From Candidatus Poribacteria bacterium (GTDB taxonomy: Bacteria > Poribacteria > WGA-4E > UBA9662), in contig JAYZAL010000019.1 in assembly GCA_036339735.1 (NCBI GenBank), forward strand, positions 42,859 through 106,858: DNA of 64,000 bases, in the 5' to 3' direction. The position numbers and the translations under genes are program-made. Within the stretch, counting starts at the first letter, position 1. Every line of letters starts with the position of its first letter. The notes under the pieces are model-generated. The model was not told the DNA's origin. It did not search any database and saw only the letters and a program-made list of their open reading frames with translations. Shown here piece by piece: positions 48,760 to 59,772 of the stretch.

Positions 48760-50748
48760 ATGGTCAAAAACGAGTCAGCTCAAAGGTCAACTTCCTATTC
48801 AGACTCAAGTCACGTTGGGACGACTGTAACTTGGCGTTCTATTTTTATTGCCTTCCTGCTGATTCCTCCGAATGTGTTTTGGGTTGTTGAAACCGAATGT
48901 ATTTGGCATAGTGGCCATCCAACAACAATTTCTCTTTTTTGGAACGTCGTCCTCAATCTATTTTTTCTCATCTTAATCAACCTAGGTATAAAGCGAGTTT
49001 CTCCCAAGTCAGCTTTATCCCAAGCCGAGTTCATCACTATTTATGTAATGCTATCGATTGCCAGCGGTCTGGCAGGACATGATACTCTAGCATTAACAAT
49101 TCCAGCCTTGCCACACGCTTTCTGGTTTGCGACTCCGGAAAACGATTGGGCAGACCTAATACAAACACACATTCCCAAGTTTTTAGTAGTAACTGACCGA
49201 GAAATCCTCAGAGGAATTTACGAGGGAGAAACACCGTTCTACAATCAACAGATAATGGGTGCTTGGATCCAACCAACTCTCTGGTGGACAACCTTCATAG
49301 TTGCTGTCAGTGCCATTATGATTAGCTTGAACGTGATCGTTCGTAAACAATGGACTGAACATGAAAAATTAGCATACCCTATTATTCAGTTGCCAATGGC
49401 TATTACCGAACGAGGTGGTGCTGCTAGCTTTTTCCGTAATCAACTTCTATGGTATGGTTTTATTGTTGCAGCACTCATTAATATCTGGCATGGATTGGCT
49501 TATTTCTTCCCATCTTTACCTGATTTTTCGGTTCGCCATAATGCCCGAGACTGGGGGAAATTTTTTACCGATCGCCCGTGGAATGCTATGGGTGGAATTC
49601 CAGTTCCGCTCTATCCATTCGTTATTGCACTAGGGTTCTTCTTGCCTTTAGATATGTCTTTTTCTCTTTGGTTCTTTTATATTTTCAGTAAAATACAAAG
49701 AGTAATTGGTAGTGCTGTGGGCATACCTGGTCCATTTCCTTATTTATCTGAGCAGTCCATCGGTGGTTGGTTAGCCATATTTATAATGGCTGTTATTGTG
49801 ACTCGTCGTCATTTAGCCAATGTCTGGAGAACTATCTGGGGGCAGGATAGTGGTATTGACGAAAGTAAAGAACCTATCAATTATCGTTCGGCTCTATTGT
49901 TGATTATTTGTGCTGGGCTATATATTCTTTGGTTTTGTTTAAAAGCGGGTATGACTGTCTGGATTATTATTCCCTATTTTCTATTTTTCTATGCCCTTTC
50001 AGTTGGAATTACTCGAGTGAGAGCAGAAATTGGACCACCCGCTCATGAAATGGCTGGAATGTGCAATGGTCAGCAGTTTTTGATCAATATTTTGGGCTCT
50101 CGACCTTTAGGAGGTCGAAATCTTGGCTTTATCACCTTGAACTGGTGGATGTCTGGGCGTGGTTATCGAGAACACATCATGCCACATCAGCTAGAAGCTC
50201 TCAAAATGGCTGAGCGTGCCAGCATGAACACAAAGAAGTTGGTTTTCGCTATGCTATTAGCTGTAGTGTGGGGTTCATTAGTTACTTTTTGGGCTACACT
50301 ATCAGAGCTTTACCGATTAGGTGGCGCAGTAACTGGTGCTGGAGGTGGGGGGATGGGCCCATCAATTGCGCATATTGGGCAATTTAACTGGTTAGCAGGT
50401 CTGCTAAGTTTTCCAAAAGAGCCAGATGTTCCAGCAATTACTGCTATGGCTGGTGGAATGGGATTTACTTTTTTTCTGATGATTCTGCGTTCTCGTTTCA
50501 TGTGGTTCCCATTGCACCCAGCGGGCTATGCTATTTCGATGACTAATGGGGTGGGTTATTTTTGGTCATGTCTGGTGATTGCTACTTTTCTAAAGTGGGT
50601 GACGTTGCAGTTTGGTGGTGCTGGAACTTACCGAAAAGCAATGGTATTGATGTTTGGTATAATGTTAGGTGAGTATGTAGTTGGTGCTTTTTGGAGTGTA
50701 TTGAGTGTAGTGATTCAGCAACCGATCTATGATTTTGCCCCAGGCTAA
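48760..50748 (+). CDS. Polytopic membrane protein, DUF6785/DUF6784-like (putative peptide-transporter relative)
   Basis: Many TMs; RKQW..HEKL.YP, RVRAE.G, WFPLHP.GY motifs recalled from this family. Confidence 0.65.
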   Translation: MVKNESAQRSTSYSDSSHVGTTVTWRSIFIAFLLIPPNVFWVVETECIWHSGHPTTISLFWNVVLNLFFLILINLGIKRVSPKSALSQAEFITIYVMLSIASGLAGHDTLALTIPALPHAFWFATPENDWADLIQTHIPKFLVVTDREILRGIYEGETPFYNQQIMGAWIQPTLWWTTFIVAVSAIMISLNVIVRKQWTEHEKLAYPIIQLPMAITERGGAASFFRNQLLWYGFIVAALINIWHGLAYFFPSLPDFSVRHNARDWGKFFTDRPWNAMGGIPVPLYPFVIALGFFLPLDMSFSLWFFYIFSKIQRVIGSAVGIPGPFPYLSEQSIGGWLAIFIMAVIVTRRHLANVWRTIWGQDSGIDESKEPINYRSALLLIICAGLYILWFCLKAGMTVWIIIPYFLFFYALSVGITRVRAEIGPPAHEMAGMCNGQQFLINILGSRPLGGRNLGFITLNWWMSGRGYREHIMPHQLEALKMAERASMNTKKLVFAMLLAVVWGSLVTFWATLSELYRLGGAVTGAGGGGMGPSIAHIGQFNWLAGLLSFPKEPDVPAITAMAGGMGFTFFLMILRSRFMWFPLHPAGYAISMTNGVGYFWSCLVIATFLKWVTLQFGGAGTYRKAMVLMFGIMLGEYVVGAFWSVLSVVIQQPIYDFAPG

Positions 50749-51379
50749 ACTAAATTTTCGTATTTAACATCCAAAAATGATCTATTAACAAGACATGAAA
50801 GTTATAGATTGTTTCTACTTCATGATCTTCTAGCAATCCAGATCTAAAATACCAGCGATTCAAACAATAAAGACCTCGCAATAGTTAAATAATCTCTTTT
50901 CCACTACTTCTGATCTCTATTGGATTACGTGTAACAACCACTCGTTTGGTATTGATTCTTTGTCTTTCAAACCTGACAATTAGGTTTTTCTGTCTTTGTT
51001 ATACTATTTTGTCATCTTTTTTAATTTGTACTTGGGCAATCTATTGGTAGTGTTTAGCCTGCAGAACGTCTCAACCATTTCTTACCGTTTTTCAATTGGG
51101 CTCAGAAGCCAATTGTCTGTTCCCAACAGACAATAAACATCAGAAATCGCCGCTTATTCTCGTTGTTTCAACCCAAGTAAAATAACCAGCTCAATCTCAA
51201 TTTTAGTATCCTGTTTCTACGTTTAATTGATCACATTTTCCTTGTTCATGTAACTTTTCGATCTAACAATATATTGTGTTAAAATCAGAGCGAGAAGTTG
51301 ATCTAACTTTAAGTAAATCAAACTACGACTAATCTTAACTATTCTTGTCTAATTCTTGATTATTCTTAGAGGAAAAAGT

Positions 51380-52222
51380 ATGAAACCTGCACTAACACCA
51401 GAACAGCATGATTCTTATCAACGAGATGGATTTCTAATACTCGAAAATTTCTTTGCCCCTTCTGAATTGGAAATTCTTTATGCTGATTTTAATGGCGTAA
51501 TTGAAAATTGGGCGAATATTTACTATAAGCAAGGTAGGTTGACGGACTTGTTTGCTAATCACCCCTTTGAACGTCGCCTCTTCTCAATTCACCAAGCTAT
51601 GGAAGGTGAATGCCACGAACTGTTAGCAGATGTCTCGGGTAAGCGAAAAACTGCGGCGATGTTTCATGTGATGACTATGCCCGAAATTCTTGATCTTGTG
51701 GAGTTCTTTATTGGTCCTGAGATCTTGGTTCATCCTCAATTTAACTCTCGTGCCAAGTTACCTGATCGAAAATCAGTTGTATCTTGGCATCAGGATCTTG
51801 GATATCTAGATAAAAGCGCTGAAGAGACATTTATGGTTAATCTTTGGCTACCACTAGTCGATGCCAACATCGAGAATGGTTGCCTAGAAGTCATCCGTGG
51901 AAGCCATAATCACGGTCTTTTACCCTATAATAGTGGTGGGCCAGAGGACTTAGTTCCAGAATTGATACCGGAGGGAGATGTGGTCTCTTGTCCTCTTCAG
52001 GTTGGTGGTTTACTGATGCTTCAACATAAAACGGTTCACCGTTCTACTCCTAATTTTTCTGATCATATTCGTTGGAGTTTAGATATCCGTTATAGTAATC
52101 CAGATCTGCCCACAGGTCGAGACCATGTACCTGGATTTTTAGCCCGTTCTCATGCACAACCGAACCAAGTGGCCAGAGATCATTATGATTGGTTAAAAAT
52201 GTTTGCTGAAAATAGAAATTGA
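51380..52222 (+). CDS. PhyH-family dioxygenase
   Basis: WHQD, NLWLPL.DA..ENGCL...GSH, HRS.PN, RWSLDIRY. Confidence 0.9.
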   Translation: MKPALTPEQHDSYQRDGFLILENFFAPSELEILYADFNGVIENWANIYYKQGRLTDLFANHPFERRLFSIHQAMEGECHELLADVSGKRKTAAMFHVMTMPEILDLVEFFIGPEILVHPQFNSRAKLPDRKSVVSWHQDLGYLDKSAEETFMVNLWLPLVDANIENGCLEVIRGSHNHGLLPYNSGGPEDLVPELIPEGDVVSCPLQVGGLLMLQHKTVHRSTPNFSDHIRWSLDIRYSNPDLPTGRDHVPGFLARSHAQPNQVARDHYDWLKMFAENRN

Positions 52223-52256
52223 TGGTGTCCTTCTGTCTTTTATTAATCTTACTAGG

Positions 52257-53030
52257 CTAGAATAACCCGTTCTTAATAGACTGATAGATAAGTCTAGTTG
52301 CTAATAATATTAGCATCGTATTGAAGGCTAGGCGAAAAAGTTTTTCCGATATTTTAGTCAAGATACTTTTGCCAACCCATGTCCCTGTAGTACCCAATAT
52401 AATCATGATTACCATCAATGGTAGATAGGGTGCAAAAGTAAACCCTAGGAGGCCGAAGGTCAGAATTTTCACTCCATGTTGACATGACATAAAAGCGGCG
52501 TGGGTAGCCACAGTCATTCGGCGTTCATTAGTAGTAGCCTTAACAAATGGCGCTACTAGCAAACCCGTACCACCAACAAACATAGTGGCAAAGGATGAAA
52601 CAACTCCGATCCCAATAAAAATTATCCATGAAGATTTGAGAGCCTTGATGGAGGGAGTCCAAAGCGAATAGAGTATAAATAAACCGATAATACCTTGGAA
52701 TAGGTTCCTCGGAATAGCAAAGACTATTTGGCTGGCTAGAGAGACACCAACTATGCTACCGATAACAAATGGTAGAGCCCAGACGAATTTGATATGAGCT
52801 CGTAACATTATGGATCTGACTAAGTTTGAATTGATTTGAATTACACCATGGATAGGTATGGTAGCTATAGGGTTAAGCAATGATGCCATTATAGCTACTA
52901 GCATTGTTCCACCGCCAAGTCCAAAAGTCGCTGAGACTAAAGAGGTAAAAAAGCTAACCAAACACAGACTAATAAAAGCCCAACTGGAAAGCTCTGGAAC
53001 ACTACAAATAATTTCAGATATAGTATCCAT
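52257..53030 (-). CDS. TauE/SafE sulfite exporter family protein
   Basis: GLGGG, PIHG..Q..SN, GGTG, ATHAA; about 8 TMs. Confidence 0.85.
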   Translation of the reverse strand: MDTISEIICSVPELSSWAFISLCLVSFFTSLVSATFGLGGGTMLVAIMASLLNPIATIPIHGVIQINSNLVRSIMLRAHIKFVWALPFVIGSIVGVSLASQIVFAIPRNLFQGIIGLFILYSLWTPSIKALKSSWIIFIGIGVVSSFATMFVGGTGLLVAPFVKATTNERRMTVATHAAFMSCQHGVKILTFGLLGFTFAPYLPLMVIMIILGTTGTWVGKSILTKISEKLFRLAFNTMLILLATRLIYQSIKNGLF

Positions 53031-53282
53031 TAAATCAGACGCAAACCTAAGAATGCAAAACAGGGATTTCTGCTTATGAAGAAGTCGATTTAATTTTAAA
53101 ACAAGCTTATTATCAAATAGGCGATTTGATTAAAGATTCAACGATAAATTGACAAACCGTATATCGATATCAAGCCATGGGCTAGGATGCTGTGGAAACC
53201 GAATCCTAGTAAAGTATTATATAGAACTCGCCGGCTTTATAAATTAACAACCATTAAATTTATTGCCAATAGTTAAGGTTAC

Positions 53283-53768
53283 TCATAATAACAATTTTTC
53301 GTCAATTGCAATAAATTTAGAAGATGAATCTATCAGGGACTTAGCCGTTAATTTTCTAACACCATAAACCTCAGCTAAAACGTTATAGTCTTGGCGTATT
53401 TTGTACAGGAGTAAATCAAAATCTCCATCTCCTGAGGCCAACACTACAACATCTGATTTTGTAGCATATTCCATTATGTCCAGTGTGATTCCGACATCCC
53501 AATCGCCTTTAGTTGAACCATCCCGTCTTTGAATAAATGGCTTCAGTCTAACTTCAAATCCAATAGCTCTCAATATGCGTTGGAAATGTTTTTGCTTCTC
53601 GTCTCCTCGATCTATAGCATAAGCAATGGCAACAACTAATTGTCGGTCTACAGTTACCTGCTTCCAAAATGCATTGTAGTCAAAGTTAGAGTTAAAACCT
53701 TGCTTAGTGGTATAATAAATATTTTGTACATCTACAAATATAGAAACCCGTTTCATCAATCTATTCAC
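53283..53768 (-). CDS. NYN domain protein (LabA/DUF88)
   Basis: FVDVQNIYY, KGDWDVGITLD, SGDGDF. Confidence 0.92.
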   Translation of the reverse strand: MNRLMKRVSIFVDVQNIYYTTKQGFNSNFDYNAFWKQVTVDRQLVVAIAYAIDRGDEKQKHFQRILRAIGFEVRLKPFIQRRDGSTKGDWDVGITLDIMEYATKSDVVVLASGDGDFDLLLYKIRQDYNVLAEVYGVRKLTAKSLIDSSSKFIAIDEKLLL

Positions 53769-53845
53769 CTAACAACATTTTAATATTTGACTAAGATGTT
53801 AATCTGGGTATGTGGACTGATCAGCAAAAAAGAAGGTGAGCCAGA

Positions 53846-54232
53846 GGAGTTGACTCACCTTACAGAAGGAAGTTTTGAAGATACTAAGTATTGTCGTCAG
53901 TTTTTATTCATCCTTTACAAAAAAGTCAGCCTTACTGTTTGTCTTGATCATTTCCCCTTTAACTTCTTGTCAGGTGAGTTAACTGCTTTCCTATAAGCTT
54001 TATTTTAGGTTATTAAAAAAACACGAAAATCTGGTGCTGATCGATGTGAAATATGAAAACAGATCCATAGTATGTCAGAAGGGGTTGATTTGAAAATAGC
54101 ACAGAATCCTCCTTGGTGGCGCCTAATTTCTTTGGATTCATCCCATTCGGTACTAAATAATCCTCTGGTCTCCTTTGCCGCCGATTTGGCTCCACAAAAC
54201 CTACGTAACCTACACATAACCCCAGCTGTCAT
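53846..54232 (-). pseudogene. Decayed fragment(s), possibly of a TolB/PD40-like propeller gene
   Basis: Broken frames with NGMNPKKL, HQIFV and KQLTHL-like words. Confidence 0.3.
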
Positions 54233-54817
54233 TCAGGTGCCACTCACATAAATTCACTAGCAGTTTTTTGGCTTTTCAGGAATGTTGACAGCTTTCAGCC
54301 AAACAACGAGCCACTGAAGATTCGATGATTTAATGCAGGATGAAGCCATACGATATAACCTAGGCAGAAGGAAAGGCCGATCTTTCTAAATTCAGTACGC
54401 CTCCCTGATGGGAGCCAGAAGTTTCGGAAAGAAATCCGAACAGTATCATGGTAGTATTAGTAGCCAACGCCAATGTATTACTAAACCCATCAAACTTCAA
54501 ATTTATTTCTCGAAGGTCCATTTTTAGAGAACATGCAGGATTAGTTGTTAAACATTTCTCTAGTTTTCGACGGGGGAGAAATACATTGTCGGAGGTTATT
54601 ATTGATTCGAATCTGAAATGGATGGAGGTCTATCTTTCCTCTAGTATCTGGTTCGAAATATCGAAGGAGCCCCCTTGAAAAAGTGTGGCATATGAAACGT
54701 GTCCGTCATCAAGTAGTAAGCGGAACAATGACAGATGTAAGCAGACTGATAGAAACAGATCAATATTGATCAAAAGGTGAATCATATCAGAAAACCAAAA
54801 TAGGAGACATCAAGTAG

Positions 54818-55456
54818 ATGAGTAATTCAATGAAAGGCTATTGGATCAATCATGTTATCGATATCAAGGATCCCGATCGTTTCAACGCATATGCTGAGGC
54901 GAGTATGCCAATGTTCCAAGGCGACAACCAATATGGTGCTAGAATCTTACTGTTTGGTCCCGTTGCGAAGACTATTTTAGGGGATGCTGTACAGTATGCG
55001 GCTGTTGCCGAGTTCAATAATGTTCAGGCTTCCATTGAGTTTTGGGACGATCCCGATTATGCTGCCGCCCGATCAATAATGGGTCCACTAAACGATGAGA
55101 GTGCTGTGGTTGATCGGCGCGTTTGCTGCATTGAAGGTGAACCACTGACCGTCAGCCAAGACCAAAGTTTCTGGTTGAACCACGTGCATAAAATCATCGA
55201 TGAATCAGCATTCTGGCGTTATGCCGAGTCTAGCATGCAACATTTCACTAGCACTACCTTTGGGAAAGTCGTACATCAGCATGCGGGTGCTCAAAGTATC
55301 CAACTCGCAGCCGCACTCGGTTTTGATAATACGAGTAAGGCGATGAATATTTACCACTCCCCCGAATACGGGGTTGCATTGGCTGCTGGTGGCATGAAAG
55401 ATAACGAAAACCACGTCGTTCAGCGTACCATATGTGCAATCGAGGGTTCACAGTAG
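54818..55456 (+). CDS. Tandem DUF1330-domain protein
   Basis: Two copies of WxNHVxxIxDxxxFxxYAE...F...A......PxY...R.....EG; AGGAG SD. Confidence 0.8.
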   Translation: MSNSMKGYWINHVIDIKDPDRFNAYAEASMPMFQGDNQYGARILLFGPVAKTILGDAVQYAAVAEFNNVQASIEFWDDPDYAAARSIMGPLNDESAVVDRRVCCIEGEPLTVSQDQSFWLNHVHKIIDESAFWRYAESSMQHFTSTTFGKVVHQHAGAQSIQLAAALGFDNTSKAMNIYHSPEYGVALAAGGMKDNENHVVQRTICAIEGSQ

Positions 55457-55661
55457 AGAAAATTCCGTTGATCCGAAATTACAAATAATTTTATTAACCA
55501 CGTAACGTGCGGCGGTAATCATCTCTGATCCCTTCTTCGAGTAGGCAACGTATACCATTTACTCACTAACCTCTAAATCGACCGAAAATAAATTTTTGTT
55601 TTTGGTCGATTGGTCTTTTTGTTTTGTTATCTTTTACTTTCTCTCAGAAATGAATACATCA

Positions 55662-56822
55662 CTAGGCTATTGGCTCAAGCCCCAATGCAATCCGACCACT
55701 GAAAGTATACTGCTTGCGTTCTTGCAATGGATGGAAGCGTGCTCCTTGTATATCTCGGAAGCATCTCTCCAACCCGACTTGGCGATAGAAGGACATACCA
55801 CCAACTACTTCCATAGCTTTCTCTACTGTACGAATCGATGACTTGGTGACAATGGTTTTGTACCGATAGGTCAGATTGGAATTCTCTGTGCTCGGTGTGA
55901 ACTCGGGTCCTACGAGCCCAACGAGACATTCCAATGCTGTCTGAGCACAGAGTAGATTAGTATCCATCTCTCCGACTATCTCCTGCACAATCTGATCATC
56001 TTTTTTCTTTTTCGCTTCAGCGATTGCAATCTCCCTCGCTGTCTCTGCTACACCAAGGTATGCTGACATAACCAACGACCATGCAATCGGTGATATAACG
56101 TCGAAGAACGTCATCCACTTGCCGGAAGGTCTACTCAAAGAAATAGAATCTTCCGGAACGAAAACCTCTTTCAATATCACCGAGTTAGATCCTGTGCCAC
56201 GCATACCCATTGTGTCCCAGTCTTCTACGATAGTAACGCCTTCACCTTTCAGGCTGATGGAAAAATGGAGCACAGTGGGACCAACTTGTGGGTCATCGTA
56301 GACGCCGGTTGTCACGATCAAATCTCCGCCGGAAGAACCACTGCTGAAAAACTTTCGCCCACTGATCTTATATCCGCCATCCACCTTCTCTGCGGTACCC
56401 GATCCATTAAGCCAGTCTCGACCACCTGTGCTGACTAATATCAATTCCTCGTCGGCAATTTTCCTCAAGATTGGCTCTACAGAAGGAGTAAGTCCCTGCT
56501 CATAGCGCCATACCAGAGCTGCCAGCAAGTGCGAGTGCATCGAAAAGGTCAGCGCAGTTGATCCATCGTAATGTGCCATTTCCCGGATTGTTTCACACAT
56601 TTCCTGATGACTACAATTACTTCCTCCAAGTTCAATAGGAATTCTGGCCGAGAATAGTTTGTGACGCCGCATTTCATCGTAGTTTTCGTGGACGAAGGAT
56701 CCTTCTTGATCGTGTTGAGCAGACCTTTCTGCAAAATCAGGGCCTATTTTTTTGACAACTTCAACCCAATTCCGTTGTTTCATTCTTGACTCCGCACTGT
56801 TTACAGAGGTTAGAGAATCCAT
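55662..56822 (-). CDS. Acyl-CoA dehydrogenase-family / flavin-dependent monooxygenase
   Basis: P.ELGG, MHSH, GRKFFSSG, WDTMGMRGTGS, YLGVAE, LER.FRD; AAGGAGG before ATG 56822. Confidence 0.88.
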   Translation of the reverse strand: MDSLTSVNSAESRMKQRNWVEVVKKIGPDFAERSAQHDQEGSFVHENYDEMRRHKLFSARIPIELGGSNCSHQEMCETIREMAHYDGSTALTFSMHSHLLAALVWRYEQGLTPSVEPILRKIADEELILVSTGGRDWLNGSGTAEKVDGGYKISGRKFFSSGSSGGDLIVTTGVYDDPQVGPTVLHFSISLKGEGVTIVEDWDTMGMRGTGSNSVILKEVFVPEDSISLSRPSGKWMTFFDVISPIAWSLVMSAYLGVAETAREIAIAEAKKKKDDQIVQEIVGEMDTNLLCAQTALECLVGLVGPEFTPSTENSNLTYRYKTIVTKSSIRTVEKAMEVVGGMSFYRQVGLERCFRDIQGARFHPLQERKQYTFSGRIALGLEPIA

Positions 56823-57028
56823 TTTACCTCCTTGATTTTGGAAGAGTGCCAACTAGTGTTGCAACTCTTCGGTTTTGATCGCCTTTGCTAACCGCATCTA
56901 ACTATCTCAAATCTAAAGCATCGGAAGACGGGACTGACCTGGGGAAAAAATATACAGAGTCTTGAGTTAGCAATAATAGCTGAGACCTTCGGTACAACCC
57001 AAACACCTGTTTACTAGATTATTCTAAA

Positions 57029-57328
57029 TTAGTACGACTTTTCTATTTTGGAAAAACTAAAGATGGGCTCACTATCCATAAATTCCTCAGCTTTCTTCAT
57101 TACACCTGTTTCTACACGCCATTGAAGATATACATCGTACGTTTCTTTACTATCCCACATACTGAAGAATTCCCATTTATTTTTGTCTTTAATGTTAGTT
57201 GTACTATATAACCAGTGACATCCGTCATAAGAACGTGTGCCGGGTAAGATCCGGTTGAAAAAATTGACGTTTTGCTCTCTTTTTTCTGGTTGATTGGAAT
57301 GTTTTAGATTTACGATTATTGCAATGAT
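57029..57328 (-). CDS. Antibiotic biosynthesis monooxygenase (ABM) domain protein, ATC start or start-mutated
   Basis: 99 open codons (I/M)IAIIVNL..ILPGTRSYDGC..WDSKETYDVYLQWRVETG..; AGGGAG 5 nt before ATC. Confidence 0.7.
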   Translation of the reverse strand: MIAIIVNLKHSNQPEKREQNVNFFNRILPGTRSYDGCHWLYSTTNIKDKNKWEFFSMWDSKETYDVYLQWRVETGVMKKAEEFMDSEPIFSFSKIEKSY

Positions 57329-58069
57329 AAAAACTCCCTATTCAGTAGATTGATAGCTGTTACAGATTAGTTATATTTCAGAAATCCTAAAGAGTCAACT
57401 GCACTCGTTATTCTGGAATGGAAAGACCATTATCTAACGTTTTGTATTTTCAGTCAATCTGTGATTTTAAATGCTTGTTTAATACCTAGATGAACAAAAG
57501 CATTTAAATGCATAACGGATCTAGGATTTTACCAATAATGCTTCAAAGTGAAATTCAGATAGATAAAAAATCCAACCTCTGGTTTCCATTGAATCTGTGA
57601 AAGTAATACCTCTCTGCCAAAATTATCGGATATTTATTTTGGGGCTTTGGGTCTAAAAAATGGCAGCCTTGGTACTGGGAGTTGTGGCTGGAGGCTGCCA
57701 GTTGGGAGGAAAACGTCTGATAATGAGGATTCTCAGACATTATTGCAAAGTGTGGAGGGGTAAAGGGTTATTAAGGCGATCTTAGCACGGACCTATCAAC
57801 CGGAGGGCCGTAGTAGGCACAATTCGCCAGCCATTGATATAGTGAGTCAATAACCACCCCGTAACACCTTATATTTTTGATCACTGTCAGACCAATCTTG
57901 ACACCATTCCCACACTAAAGATAATACTTTCTAGAGTCTTATTTATAAGTTTCTAAATCTTGAGAAATCTAAAAATAATATAATCTTCAGGTTGTGTCAT
58001 TAGACCTACCTTTAACTAACTTAATTCCTTTCTCATCCAAATTCATCATTAGAATTGAGTATTACAAGA

Positions 58070-58870
58070 CTATTTTTCCACACTACTTTTCATTTGAATC
58101 CACTGTTTAGTACCAACTTCAATAATTTGGTCATCAGTCCATTTTTCCATGTAGTTATAACTAGGATGACCGGGCAGGTCATTACATAAGTTGTGTTTAG
58201 TATTGTAACAGCCAATCAACAACCAACGTGGTTCATTACTATTATTAGGGTCTGAGCTATGTAAAAGGTTAGAATGAAAAAAAAGGGCATCACCCCGTTT
58301 CATTTCACAATAAACACATTCAAGATTCTCTAAAAGTAGGTCAACTCGTTTGGGGTCAGCACCAGTTTGATCTCCAAAACGACCGTGTTCAATTCTTCCA
58401 CATTTATGAGAACCTTTTATGACTTGCAGACAACCATTTGATTTATTGGCATCATCAACAGAGATAACTACACTACCCATATCCGGATAGAGACAATGGT
58501 TATGATACCAATAACCATAATCCTGATGCCATTCCCAACGACCACCGACCTTAGCTTCTTTTACCATCATCTTATAATGATAAAGATAAATTTCATTACC
58601 CAGTAATTTCTCCATAGTTTCAGATACCCGATGACATCGAACAAACGCATTGTAAATATCTTTACGTGGTTCACTCGTCAGCCATGTTTTACTTTCACGT
58701 CCTTCTGTATCTTTAAATGAATCAATCTGATCCTTTTTTTCGTTATCTGATTTGGAGATTTGAAGTAGTAAATTCATTTCTTCAACTGAGAAAAGATCCC
58801 GGACTATTAAAAAACCGTCTGTATCAAACTTTCTGATTTGTTGTTTTGAAACACTAAATTTTCTCATCAT
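58070..58870 (-). CDS. PhyH-family dioxygenase
   Basis: KMMVKE...GG.WEWHQDYGYW, NGCLQV..GSH, LLHSS..N. Confidence 0.92.
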   Translation of the reverse strand: MMRKFSVSKQQIRKFDTDGFLIVRDLFSVEEMNLLLQISKSDNEKKDQIDSFKDTEGRESKTWLTSEPRKDIYNAFVRCHRVSETMEKLLGNEIYLYHYKMMVKEAKVGGRWEWHQDYGYWYHNHCLYPDMGSVVISVDDANKSNGCLQVIKGSHKCGRIEHGRFGDQTGADPKRVDLLLENLECVYCEMKRGDALFFHSNLLHSSDPNNSNEPRWLLIGCYNTKHNLCNDLPGHPSYNYMEKWTDDQIIEVGTKQWIQMKSSVEK

Positions 58871-59037
58871 TTATTCTTTACCACCTGAGATTATTTAAAA
58901 CTTTAGTTGGCAGAGGGTTTCCTACCTCTGACCCAAAACTGTGGGATCGCTGTTATTAATAATAGTTTTAAAGAATAAAAGGTCTGGATTTACTGATCAA
59001 TCAGGTCTTAATTACGTCGCAGTACAGTGCTCTCGGA

Positions 59038-59072
59038 CTGATTAAAAAAGGCTGCCTGCCTTTTCTAATCAG
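59038..59072. terminator. Terminator hairpin
   Basis: ctgattaaaaaaggc-tgcct-gccttttctaatcag. Confidence 0.65.
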
Positions 59073-59100
59073 TTTTTTAAAGCGACCGATAATTTTGTAT

Positions 59101-59772
59101 TTAATTCGCTTGTTTCAGCTTTCCCCAAGTGGTAGTCAGTTTAGCCTGATGTTCAACTGGACTGGTAGCTATTCCAGGACCATTGATCTCAACATAATCA
59201 TATAATACCGTTGAATCCCTTCCGCCAAGACCGGGACGACCGTCTTTATAAGTCTTATCTTTTGTTTCTACTTGCAGATTGCCGTCTATATAAGTTTTGA
59301 TAACTTCACCTTTGACCTCGAAGGTTATAGTGTAAGCGTCTCCTCCTTTCGTGTCTGTGGAATCTGGACGTTTGGGCCGGTCTCCACCGGTAATTTCTAT
59401 ACCGGTTCCCCCATCAAATCGAAAGATACTGTTGGTGTTTGAGTTATAGCTGATTTCTATAAAGTAGAAATCCTGAGTTGGTTTCTGCACTCGAGTAAAA
59501 AGGTGAAAGTACGGGCCAGCTACTTTACGGGCTTTGACCTCCATTTTGTAATCGGTCCATTTGGGGTCGCCAAAAAAAATACCCGAGTTCTGTCCCCCGA
59601 CCTTCAACTCGAGTTGACCGTTGGAGACCTCGGCCGTGGCACCTGGTCCAAGTTCCCAATCCTTGATATCTTTTGGGTCATCGAATTCGATTCTTAGAGC
59701 AAATACAAAGTATGGACTCAAGAGTAATATCAAAAAAACCAAGGCAGCAAATTTCCAAAAGTTATTCATCAA
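59101..59772 (-). CDS. Secreted DUF1080/ConA-like jelly-roll protein with C-terminal KLxxxW tail
   Basis: Signal peptide; W.DY..EV, EVKG..I..YIDG, D.TY..G..GL; ends VEHQAKLTTTWGKLKQAN. Confidence 0.8.
   Translation of the reverse strand: MMNNFWKFAALVFLILLLSPYFVFALRIEFDDPKDIKDWELGPGATAEVSNGQLELKVGGQNSGIFFGDPKWTDYKMEVKARKVAGPYFHLFTRVQKPTQDFYFIEISYNSNTNSIFRFDGGTGIEITGGDRPKRPDSTDTKGGDAYTITFEVKGEVIKTYIDGNLQVETKDKTYKDGRPGLGGRDSTVLYDYVEINGPGIATSPVEHQAKLTTTWGKLKQAN

Noticed and set aside
50760-51250. Decayed gene on the minus strand and a 10-bp hairpin near 51109-51133
   Set aside because: Fragments could not be assigned to any family by eye
57845-57870. GTCAATAACCACCCC as an IS200/605 (IscB/HEARO) end
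   Set aside because: No following hairpin and no iscB/tnpB ORF
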